Below, piece after piece: positions 56,901 to 64,000 of a stretch of DNA of 64,000 bases. This DNA is from Candidatus Manganitrophaceae bacterium (lineage in GTDB: Bacteria; Nitrospirota; Nitrospiria; SBBL01; Manganitrophaceae), in assembly GCA_016200325.1 (NCBI GenBank), contig JACQEZ010000006.1, forward strand, positions 30,302-94,301, in the 5' to 3' direction. The stretch's first letter is position 1, and each line of letters starts with the position of its first letter. Made by a program: the position numbers and the translations under genes. The notes beneath the pieces were generated by a model. The model saw nothing but the letters and a program-made list of their open reading frames with translations, did not search any database and had not been told where the DNA came from.

Positions 56901-59900
56901 CTCAACGGGTTTGCTTCCGAGGTCAGCCGGGTGGCGCGCGAAGTCGGGACCGAAGGGAAGCTCGGCGGCCAGGCGGCGGTGCCGGGGGTCGCCGGAACCT
57001 GGAAAGATTTGACCGACAACGTCAACTCGATGGCCTCCAACCTCACCGGACAGGTGAGAAACATCGCGGAGGTAACGATCGGGGTGGCGAACGGCGACCT
57101 CTCCCGAAAAATCACGGTCGACGTCCGGGGGGAGATCCTCCAGCTCAAAGAGGCGATCAACGCGATGGTGGAGCAGCTCCGGTCATTCGCTTCCGAGGTG
57201 ACGCGCGTCGCGCGCGAGGTCGGGACCGAAGGCCGGCTGGGGGTGCAGGCGGTCGTTCCCGGCGTCGCCGGGACCTGGAAGGATCTGACCGACTCGGTGA
57301 ACATCATGGGGGCCAACCTCACCGCGCAGGTCCGGAACATCGCGGAGGTGACGACGGCGGTGGCCCGCGGCGACTTGTCTCGGAAAATCACGGTCGACGT
57401 GAAAGGGGAGATTTTGGAATTGAAGAACACCATCAATACGATGGTCGATCAGCTTCGGTCGTTCGCCTCCGAGGTGACGCGCGTGGCCCGCGAGGTCGGA
57501 ACTGAAGGAAAACTCGGCGGCCAGGCCGAAGTGCCGGGGGTGGCGGGAACCTGGAAAGACTTGACCGACTCGGTCAACGTGATGGCGGCCAACCTGACCG
57601 ATCAGGTCCGGGGGATCGTGAAGGTGGTGACGGCGGTCGCGAACGGCAACCTCCGTCAGAAGCTGACGGTGGAGGCGAAGGGGGAGGTCGCCGCGCTGGC
57701 CGAAACGATCAACAGCATGACCGACACGCTCGCGATCTTCGCGGAGCAGGTGACCAACGTGGCGCGCGAGGTCGGCGTCGAAGGACGGCTCGGCGGCCAG
57801 GCGAACGTGCCGGGCGCCGCGGGAACCTGGAAAGACCTCACCGGCAACGTCAACCTGCTGGCGGCGAACCTGACAAACCAGGTCCGCGCCATCGCGGAGG
57901 TCGCAACCGCGGTGACGAAGGGAGACCTCACCCGCTCCATCCAGGTCGAGGCCCGGGGTGAGGTGGCCGAGCTCAAAGATAACATCAACACGATGATTAA
58001 CAATTTGCGGGCAACCACAGACCGCAACCAAGAGCAGGACTGGTTGAAAACGAACTTAGCGAAATTCACCCGGATGCTCCAGGGTCAGCGGGACCTCGTA
58101 ACCGTCGGCAAGCTGCTCCTTTCGGAGCTCGCCCCTCTGGTCAATGCGCAACAGGGCGCGGTGTACCAGATGCTGGGTGAAGGGACCGATACGTCACCGG
58201 CATTGCTCCTCCTCGCCGGCTATGCGATCGGCGACGAGCAGACCAAGCGGATCGAAATCGGCAAAGGGCTCGTCGGACAGTGCGCGATGGAGAAGCAGCG
58301 GATCCTCCTCACGAAAGTGCCCGAGAGCTACACCCAGGTCTATTCCAGCTTGGGGGGCGCCTCGCCGGAGAACATCGTCGTCCTTCCGGTGTTGTTCGAG
58401 GGGGAGACCAAAGCGGTCATCGAGCTCTCGTCGCTCCAGTCGTTCACGGCGACCCATCTCACCTTCCTCGAGCAGCTGACCCAGTCGATCGGGGTCGTCT
58501 TGAACACCATCGAGGCGACGATGCGAACCGAGAACCTCCTTCAGCAATCGCAGCAGCTGACGATTGAGCTGCAGACGCGGCAGGCGGAATTGCAGAATAC
58601 GAACGAAGAGCTGGGGACCAAAGCGAAACAGCTCGCCGAGCAGAATGTCGAGGTCGAACGGAAGAACAAAGAGGTCGAGCAGGCCCGGCGCGCGCTCGAG
58701 GAAAAAGCGGCCGAGCTGGCGCTCACCTCCAAATACAAATCGGAGTTCCTGGCGAACATGTCTCACGAGCTCCGCACGCCGCTCAATTCGATCCTCATGC
58801 TTGGGCAGCAGTTGAGCATCAACACGAATGGGAATCTGACGGGGAAGCAGGTCGAATATGCCAAGAACATCCACTCGGCCGGGACCGACCTTCTCACCCT
58901 CATCAACGACATTCTCGATCTGTCGAAAATCGAATCGGGAACAGTCACCGTCGAAGCCGAGGAGATCGCATTTCCGTTCCTTCGCGACAGCGTCGAGCGG
59001 AACTTCCACCATCTGGCGGAATCGAAGAGCCTCGCCTTTCATGTCGAGATCGATCCTGCGTTGCCGCGGACCTTTACGAGCGACCCCAAACGTCTGCAGC
59101 AAATTCTGAAGAACCTCCTTTCGAATGCCTTCAAATTCACGTCGCACGGCCAGGTCGCGATGAAAGTTCAGCTGGTCAAATCGGGCTGGTCGCTCGACCA
59201 TCCGATCCTCCGATTCGCCCAGAACGCAGTCGCCATCGACGTCGCCGACAGTGGGATCGGTATTCCGGCCGACAAGCAGCGGCTGATCTTCGAGGCGTTC
59301 CAACAGGCTGACGCGGGGACGAGCCGAAAGTACGGCGGCACCGGACTCGGCCTGGCGATCAGCCGCGAGCTGGCCTCGCTGCTCGGGGGAGAGATCAAAC
59401 TGGTGAGCACCCCCGGTTTGGGGAGCACCTTTACCCTCTACCTGCCGCTCTCGTATGCCGGCCCGGCGCGCGCGGTCACGGCGCCCGTGACCAGCGAGAC
59501 TCGCCAGGTCGCACCGCCCTCCAGCACCGTTCCGGTCTTGACGATCGCGAAAGCGGAGGAGAGCGTCGCCGACGATCGGGACGAGATCGAAGAGGGAGAG
59601 ACCGTGCTGCTGATCGTGGAAGACGATCCGCACTACGCCCGCGTCCTCCTCGGACTCGCCCGCGACAAAGGGTTTAAAGGGATCGTCGCGAACCGGGGCC
59701 AGGCGGCCCTGTCTCTTGCGCGGCAGTACCGGCCGACCGCGGTCACCCTCGACGTCTTCCTCCCCGATATGCTCGGGTGGACCGTCCTCAATAACCTGAA
59801 GCTCGATCCGGCCACCCGTCACATTCCGGTTCAGATGCTTTCGGTCGAGGAGGAGCGCCAGCATGGACTCTCCCACGGGGCCTTCTCCTATCTGGTCAAA

Positions 59901-60770
59901 CCGACGACCACGGAGGACCTCGAGCGGGCGTTGGATCGGATCAAAACTTACGTGGCCCGACAAAAGAAGCGGCTCCTCGTCGTCGAGGACAATGACATCG
60001 AGCGCCAGAGTGTGATCGCCCTGTTGGAGCACGACGACATCGAAATCTCCGGCGTCGCGAGCGGAGGCGAAGCCCTTCACGCGCTCGGCGAGAGCACCTT
60101 CGATTGTTGTATCATCGACCTTCGATTGCCCGACATGACCGGCTTTGAGCTGCTGGAGCGGATCCAAGGAAACGAAGCGATTCGAGATCTGCCGGTGGTG
60201 GTCTTTACCGGAAAGGAACTCTCGGAGGCCGAGGAAGCGCAGCTCCGAGTCGCGGCAAAGAGTGTCGTCCTCAAAGACGTTCAATCGCCGGAGCGGTTGT
60301 TCGACGAAACGGCCCTCTTCCTCCACCGGATCATCGCCAATCTGCCCGATTCGAAACGGCAGATCCTCGACCGGCTCCATGGATCGAACGAGGTCTTGCG
60401 CCACCGCAAAGTGTTGGTGGTCGACGATGATGCCCGAAACATCTTTGCGCTGACGACCGTCCTCGAGAACCATGAGATGGAGGTGATCAGCGCCACCAAC
60501 GGCCGCCGGGCGATCGAGCTGATTCAGGAGACGGCCGATCTGAGCATGGTGTTGATGGATATCATGATGCCTGAGATGGACGGCTACGAGGTGATGCGCG
60601 AGATCCGCGCCGATTCCAAATTCAGAACGCTGCCGATTCTGGCCCTCACGGCGAAGGCGATGAAGGGGGATCGTGAAAAGTGCCTCGCCGCGGGGGCATC
60701 CGACTATATCGCCAAGCCGGTCAATACCGACCAGCTTCTCTCCTTGCTTCGCGTCTGGCTCTATCGCTAA
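53928..60770 (+). CDS. Soluble poly-HAMP hybrid histidine kinase (13 units-GAF-HisKA-HATPase-3xREC)
   Basis: 13 WK(D/N)LT motifs at 92-aa spacing, [25 protein letters not shown]. Three REC domains (VEDD..LDVFLP; VEDN..IDLRLP; VDDD..MDIMMP). Confidence 0.94.
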   Translation: MDKSNSPSATVDPNTPSNPLNGDSFSKQLLTAMLSFRDGQFAIRMPVDLTGVDGKIADAFNNIVAVTERRAQETARVCHAVGKEGKLKQRMAVPAASGGWADEVAAINTLIDDLVWPTTEVTRAVGAVAKGDLGQSMALEVDGRPLEGEFLRSAQLVNKMIDQLSVFTSEVTRVAREVGTEGKLGGQAQVKDVYGVWKDLTESVNQMAGNLTAQVRNIAEVTIAVANGDLSKKITVDVRGEILQLKEAINTMVDQLRGFAAEVTRVAREVGTDGKLGGQAVVPGVAGTWKDLTDNVNSMASNLTGQVRNIAEVATAVARGDLSRKITVDVKGEILELKNTINTMVDQLNSFAFEVSRVAREVGTEGKLGGRAEVPDVAGTWKDLTDSVNAMGTNLTAQVRNIAEVTTAVARGDLSRKITVDVKGEILELKDTINTMVDQLNGFASEVTRVAREVGTEGKLGGQAVVPGVAGTWKNLTDSVNSMASNLTGQVRNIADVATAIARGDLSRKITVDVKGEILELKNTINTMVDQLNGFASEVSRVAREVGTEGKLGGQAAVPGVAGTWKDLTDNVNSMASNLTGQVRNIADVATAIARGDLSRKITVDVKGEILELKNTINTMVDQLNGFASEVSRVAREVGTEGKLGGQAAVPGVAGTWKDLTDNVNSMASNLTGQVRNIANVATAIANGDLSKKITVDVKGEILELKNTINTMVDQLNAFASEVTRVAREVGTDGKLGGQAVVPGIAGTWKDLTDNVNFMASNLTGQVRNIAEVATAVARGDLSRKVTVDVKGEILQLKDTINTMVDQLNAFASEVSRVAREVGTEGKLGGQAVVTGVAGTWKDLTDNVNQMAGNLTAQVRNIAEVTIAVANGDLSKKITVDVRGEILQLKDTINTMVEQLRSFAAEVTRVAREVGTEGKLGGQAEVPGVAGTWKDLTDNVNSMASNLTGQVRNIADVATSIARGDLSRKITVDVKGEILELKNTINTMVDQLNGFASEVSRVAREVGTEGKLGGQAAVPGVAGTWKDLTDNVNSMASNLTGQVRNIAEVTIGVANGDLSRKITVDVRGEILQLKEAINAMVEQLRSFASEVTRVAREVGTEGRLGVQAVVPGVAGTWKDLTDSVNIMGANLTAQVRNIAEVTTAVARGDLSRKITVDVKGEILELKNTINTMVDQLRSFASEVTRVAREVGTEGKLGGQAEVPGVAGTWKDLTDSVNVMAANLTDQVRGIVKVVTAVANGNLRQKLTVEAKGEVAALAETINSMTDTLAIFAEQVTNVAREVGVEGRLGGQANVPGAAGTWKDLTGNVNLLAANLTNQVRAIAEVATAVTKGDLTRSIQVEARGEVAELKDNINTMINNLRATTDRNQEQDWLKTNLAKFTRMLQGQRDLVTVGKLLLSELAPLVNAQQGAVYQMLGEGTDTSPALLLLAGYAIGDEQTKRIEIGKGLVGQCAMEKQRILLTKVPESYTQVYSSLGGASPENIVVLPVLFEGETKAVIELSSLQSFTATHLTFLEQLTQSIGVVLNTIEATMRTENLLQQSQQLTIELQTRQAELQNTNEELGTKAKQLAEQNVEVERKNKEVEQARRALEEKAAELALTSKYKSEFLANMSHELRTPLNSILMLGQQLSINTNGNLTGKQVEYAKNIHSAGTDLLTLINDILDLSKIESGTVTVEAEEIAFPFLRDSVERNFHHLAESKSLAFHVEIDPALPRTFTSDPKRLQQILKNLLSNAFKFTSHGQVAMKVQLVKSGWSLDHPILRFAQNAVAIDVADSGIGIPADKQRLIFEAFQQADAGTSRKYGGTGLGLAISRELASLLGGEIKLVSTPGLGSTFTLYLPLSYAGPARAVTAPVTSETRQVAPPSSTVPVLTIAKAEESVADDRDEIEEGETVLLIVEDDPHYARVLLGLARDKGFKGIVANRGQAALSLARQYRPTAVTLDVFLPDMLGWTVLNNLKLDPATRHIPVQMLSVEEERQHGLSHGAFSYLVKPTTTEDLERALDRIKTYVARQKKRLLVVEDNDIERQSVIALLEHDDIEISGVASGGEALHALGESTFDCCIIDLRLPDMTGFELLERIQGNEAIRDLPVVVFTGKELSEAEEAQLRVAAKSVVLKDVQSPERLFDETALFLHRIIANLPDSKRQILDRLHGSNEVLRHRKVLVVDDDARNIFALTTVLENHEMEVISATNGRRAIELIQETADLSMVLMDIMMPEMDGYEVMREIRADSKFRTLPILALTAKAMKGDREKCLAAGASDYIAKPVNTDQLLSLLRVWLYR
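54411..57998 (+). repeat. Intragenic 276-bp tandem repeat x13 (92-aa HAMP units)
   Basis: Trp codon at 54516, 54792, ... 57828, an exact 276-nt period. Confidence 0.95.
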
Positions 60771-60779
60771 GGGGTATCG

Positions 60780-62471
60780 ATGATTATCGACAATAAAACG
60801 TTAAAAAAGCTGGAAGCCCCCGCGGTCCTGATCGTCGACGATCAACCGATGAACCTCAATGCACTGGAGGCGATGCTGGAAGGGACCGACTGCAAGGTCG
60901 TCCGGGCCCATTCCGCCGACGAGGCTTTGCTGTTGCTGCTTCAGCATGACTTCGCCGCCATCGTTCTCGACATCAAGATGCCGGGGGTGGGGGGGATCGA
61001 GCTCGCGACGCTGATCAAGCAGCGGAAGCGATCGCAGCATATTCCGATCCTCTTCCTGACGGCCTATATGGTGGACCAACCCGATGTCTTGCGCGGATAT
61101 GGAGTCGGCGCCGTCGATTTCTTGAGCAAGCCGATCGATGCGGGGATTCTCCGATCCAAAATCGGCGTCTTCATCGACCTTTATCGAAAGAGTCGGGCGC
61201 TCGGAGAGCTGAATGGCGCGCTGCACCGCGAGATCGCCGACCGACAGCAGGCGCAGGAGGCGTTGCAGCTCGCGAACCAGGAGCTTGAGCGGCGGGTGCA
61301 AGAGCGGACGGCGGAGCTCACCCGCGCACATCAAGGGGTCCAGGAAAATGAAGAACGCTTGCGCATGGCGATGGAGGTGGCGAGGATCGGCGCGTGGGAA
61401 TGGCACCTCGCCTCAGGTCGGATGACCTGGTCGACCGACCCGGAGGTCCTCTTCGGTTTTCCCCGGGGCTCCTTCGGAGCCGAGTTGAACCCCGTCCGCA
61501 TGCTCCACCCGGACGACAAGAAACATACCGACAAGGCGCTCACGACCGCCCTCAGGACCGGGACCTATGAAGCCGAATACCGGGCAGTTCGGCCGGACGG
61601 CGGCATCGTCTGGTTCAAGGAGCGGGGACGGGTGGTGGTCGACGCAGACGGAAGGCCCGAGCGAATGGTCGGAATCACCCGCGACGTCACGGCGGAGCAA
61701 GAAGCCGGACAGGAACGGGAGCGGCTGCTTCGGGAAGCGCGGGAGGCCCGCGATGAGGCCCAGCAGGCCAATCGCGCGAAGGACGAATTCCTGGCGATGC
61801 TCTCCCACGAGCTTCGAACCCCGCTCAACGCGATTCTCGGATGGGCGGTTGCGCTTCGGACGATGGAGTGGGATGAGGATACCCGCGCCAGCGGCCTGGA
61901 GACGATTGAGCGGAATGCCGTCGCGCAGACGAAGCTGATTGAGGATATTTTAGACGTCTCCGGAATTATCAACGGAAAACTGCGTCTGGAGATTCAGCAG
62001 ATCGATTTCATTCCGACCATCGAGGCGGCGGTGGCGGCGGTTCGACCGGCGGCCGAGGCAAAAGAGATCGAGCTGCTCCTGACCCTCGATCCGTCGGCGG
62101 GACCCCTTTTCGGCGATCCGAACCGATTGCAGCAGATCGTCTGGAACCTCCTGTCCAATGCGATCAAATTTACGCCGCGAGGCGGACAGGTTCAGGTCGG
62201 TCTGGAGCGAACGAACACCGATGCGGTGTTACGGGTGATCGACACCGGAGAGGGGATCGATCCCGGCTTTCTCCCTTATGTCTTCGATCGATTTCGTCAG
62301 GCCGACAGCTCCAACACCCGCCCGCATGAAGGTCTCGGCCTCGGACTGTCGATCGTCCGCCATTTGGTAGAACTCCACGGCGGGATCGTACAGGCCCACA
62401 GCCTCGGGAAGGGAAAGGGGTCGACCTTCACCGTTTTCTTTCCATTCAAAGCGGTATTCCCACCTCGTTAG
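60780..62471 (+). CDS. Hybrid REC-coiled coil-PAS-HisKA-HATPase histidine kinase
   Basis: IVDD, VLDIKMP, FLTA, LSKP; PAS (IGAWEW...HPDD...WFKERG); [24 protein letters not shown]. Confidence 0.92.
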   Translation: MIIDNKTLKKLEAPAVLIVDDQPMNLNALEAMLEGTDCKVVRAHSADEALLLLLQHDFAAIVLDIKMPGVGGIELATLIKQRKRSQHIPILFLTAYMVDQPDVLRGYGVGAVDFLSKPIDAGILRSKIGVFIDLYRKSRALGELNGALHREIADRQQAQEALQLANQELERRVQERTAELTRAHQGVQENEERLRMAMEVARIGAWEWHLASGRMTWSTDPEVLFGFPRGSFGAELNPVRMLHPDDKKHTDKALTTALRTGTYEAEYRAVRPDGGIVWFKERGRVVVDADGRPERMVGITRDVTAEQEAGQERERLLREAREARDEAQQANRAKDEFLAMLSHELRTPLNAILGWAVALRTMEWDEDTRASGLETIERNAVAQTKLIEDILDVSGIINGKLRLEIQQIDFIPTIEAAVAAVRPAAEAKEIELLLTLDPSAGPLFGDPNRLQQIVWNLLSNAIKFTPRGGQVQVGLERTNTDAVLRVIDTGEGIDPGFLPYVFDRFRQADSSNTRPHEGLGLGLSIVRHLVELHGGIVQAHSLGKGKGSTFTVFFPFKAVFPPR

Positions 62472-62582
62472 GTTCAATTTCAATCCCGGTTCATTTTTGT
62501 GTCCTCCCCTTCTCTGGAGTGAACGCGTTATCGGTTCGTCCCTTAGCGGAATGTTGATTCAAAATAAAAGGATAACGCAACG

Positions 62583-63437
62583 ATGTTGAGTCTGAAGCTT
62601 TCTGTAGGCGATCGGTTCAGCTTTAAACGAATGACAGCCTTTTTCATCCCATTTCTTCTAATCATAGGAGCCCTGCTCGATGCTCCTGTCGAGGCGGCAC
62701 CGGTCCCAGTCCTCTTTCCGGAGGGCTTTACCCATGGCTTTCTGCTCGTCCGTTCACTCGATGGGGAGACCGTCGGCGAGGGAGAGCTCATCCAAACCGT
62801 CAAAGAGAAAGAACGGGTCGAAAGCCGGTTGATCTTCCGTTTCAAAGACGGCTCCGTCCATGAGGAGAAAGTGGTTTTCGCGCAGCAGCACCTCTTTAGG
62901 ATGGTCAGCTATCACTTGATCCAACGTGGGCCCGCATTTTCCGAGCAGGTCGACGTCTCTGTCGATCGGAACACCGCTCGGTACAAAATCAGATCTCAAA
63001 CGGGGAAGGAAGGCAAGGAGGAAGAGCGGACCGGGGAGGTCGATCTGCCGGAGGATGCTTACAACGGGATGCTCATCACCGTATTGAAGAATATACCGAA
63101 AAGCAGTGATGAAACGGTGAGCATTCTCGCATTTACCCCTGCGCCTGAAGTCATCAGACTGCGACTGCATTGGGTCGGGGAGCAGACCGTCCGGATCGGA
63201 GGCGATCTCTCCAAAAAGGCGATGGAGTATACCTTTGAGCCGCAGATCGGAAAGATTAAACAATTCTTCGGCAGGCTCTTCGGAAAGCTGCCGGCCGATT
63301 TTCACTACCGCTGCGCGATCCTGGCCGATGAAGCGCCCAGCTTCGTGGAATTGGAAGCGCCCTTGCAACTCTTGGGTCCGGTCTTTCGCTTTGAGTTGGT
63401 CAGTCCTCAGTTATCAACAAAGACAAGCCCAAAATGA
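62583..63437 (+). CDS. Hypothetical, probably exported beta-rich protein
   Basis: 284-aa ORF with a hydrophobic N-terminal stretch ending VEA-A; no recognised motif. Confidence 0.65.
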   Translation: MLSLKLSVGDRFSFKRMTAFFIPFLLIIGALLDAPVEAAPVPVLFPEGFTHGFLLVRSLDGETVGEGELIQTVKEKERVESRLIFRFKDGSVHEEKVVFAQQHLFRMVSYHLIQRGPAFSEQVDVSVDRNTARYKIRSQTGKEGKEEERTGEVDLPEDAYNGMLITVLKNIPKSSDETVSILAFTPAPEVIRLRLHWVGEQTVRIGGDLSKKAMEYTFEPQIGKIKQFFGRLFGKLPADFHYRCAILADEAPSFVELEAPLQLLGPVFRFELVSPQLSTKTSPK

Positions 63438-63542
63438 ATAGGAAGATCGGGTGAAAACAATCGCGTGCTTTTCCCAAGAACCTTCCTTTCCCAACAGCCT
63501 GAATCAATCATCCTCTCAACTCGGAACGCGATTCATCTGATA

Positions 63543-64000
63543 TCACGGCGTCGTTAGAACGAAATTATCGAACCACGTCGTGGCGGTTGCATTGGCATAA
63601 GAGCGAATCCCGGCATAATTTCCAAAGCTCAAACTGGCATCGGTCAACAGAATGGCCGGGCCGGTTTCAGCGGCAAAATAAACCGAGAGCGTCGATCCTT
63701 TTGCCACCAGGCGGACCCGATAATAGCTGTTGTAACTCATCGCCCTTTTTGCTGTCGCCAGCGGGGTGGGGGTTCCGCCGACATTCTTAAAGAGGGTGAG
63801 GTTTTGCTGGCCGACATCGACCATCGCATAGTAGAAATTGTCCGCGTTGGACCAACGGGCCATCACGCCGCAGCCATTGCCGCTGACGGTCAGCTTGCAA
63901 TCGACGGCCACGCTCTGGTCCGGGCCGATCACCGGGGTAAATAACGCTTCCAGCGTGGTTCCGGTTTCATTCCGGGCCTGGTTGTTGAAAATCTCAAAGC
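63543..64000 (-). CDS. 3' end of a probable secreted protein with a ConA/lectin-like beta-sandwich domain (5' end outside window)
   Basis: The frame is open from the window end (FEIFNNQARNETG...). GVMARW...YYAMVD...YRVRLVAKGSTLSVY...GIRS...WFDNF pattern. Confidence 0.65.
   Translation of the reverse strand, partial: FEIFNNQARNETGTTLEALFTPVIGPDQSVAVDCKLTVSGNGCGVMARWSNADNFYYAMVDVGQQNLTLFKNVGGTPTPLATAKRAMSYNSYYRVRLVAKGSTLSVYFAAETGPAILLTDASLSFGNYAGIRSYANATATTWFDNFVLTTP

Noticed and set aside
1-64000. Mobile elements, prophage, rRNA/tRNA, defence systems
   Set aside because: No transposase, integrase, phage, cas or structural RNA signatures were recognised anywhere in the window.

Overview
Gram-negative, mostly GC-rich bacterial chromosome segment. 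Taxonomy cannot be fixed from the sequence alone; a Nitrospirota/Desulfobacterota-like origin is only a guess from gene content. From left to right: (1) pxpC (cut by the window edge) and pxpB. (2) A soluble poly-HAMP hybrid histidine kinase (10 x 92-aa units, GAF, HisKA/HATPase, 1 REC) plus a REC-PAS-kinase partner. (3) A ~29 kb Wzx/Wzy-type exopolysaccharide locus with an exosortase (XrtD/EpsI fusion). It is headed by a VPLPA-CTERM protein and has an AT-richer variable 5' part, two GHL10-family hydrolases, a DUF362/CapK-like/bi-domain oxidoreductase/heparinase II/III module, WecG- and WecA-like transferases, a PrsT-like TPR lipoprotein, a short OPX plus outer-membrane beta-barrel, and a split Wzc. 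(4) A cupredoxin with a candidate sigma54 promoter, a Fur-family regulator divergent from a SulP transporter, and an orphan Pal. (5) A redox/hydrolase block behind a second candidate sigma54 promoter: epoxide hydrolase, cytoplasmic sulfite-oxidase-family Mo enzyme, FAD/NAD(P)H reductase, small (CxxC)2 protein, non-heme haloperoxidase-like hydrolase and DipZ-like redoxin. (6) Pat-type acetyltransferase, Zn alcohol dehydrogenase and a triple-frameshifted FMN reductase pseudogene. (7) A stand-alone REC protein divergent from a second, larger poly-HAMP kinase (13 units, 3 REC) with its own REC-PAS-kinase partner. (8) A hypothetical exported protein and the 3' end of a lectin-like gene. No rRNA, tRNA, CRISPR array, transposase or integrase was seen. 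Best candidates for undescribed biology are the Mo-enzyme/reductase/(CxxC)2 trio, the polymer-editing enzymes inside the exosortase EPS locus, and the independently homogenised twin poly-HAMP kinases. All family assignments come from motif recognition by eye, not from database searches.
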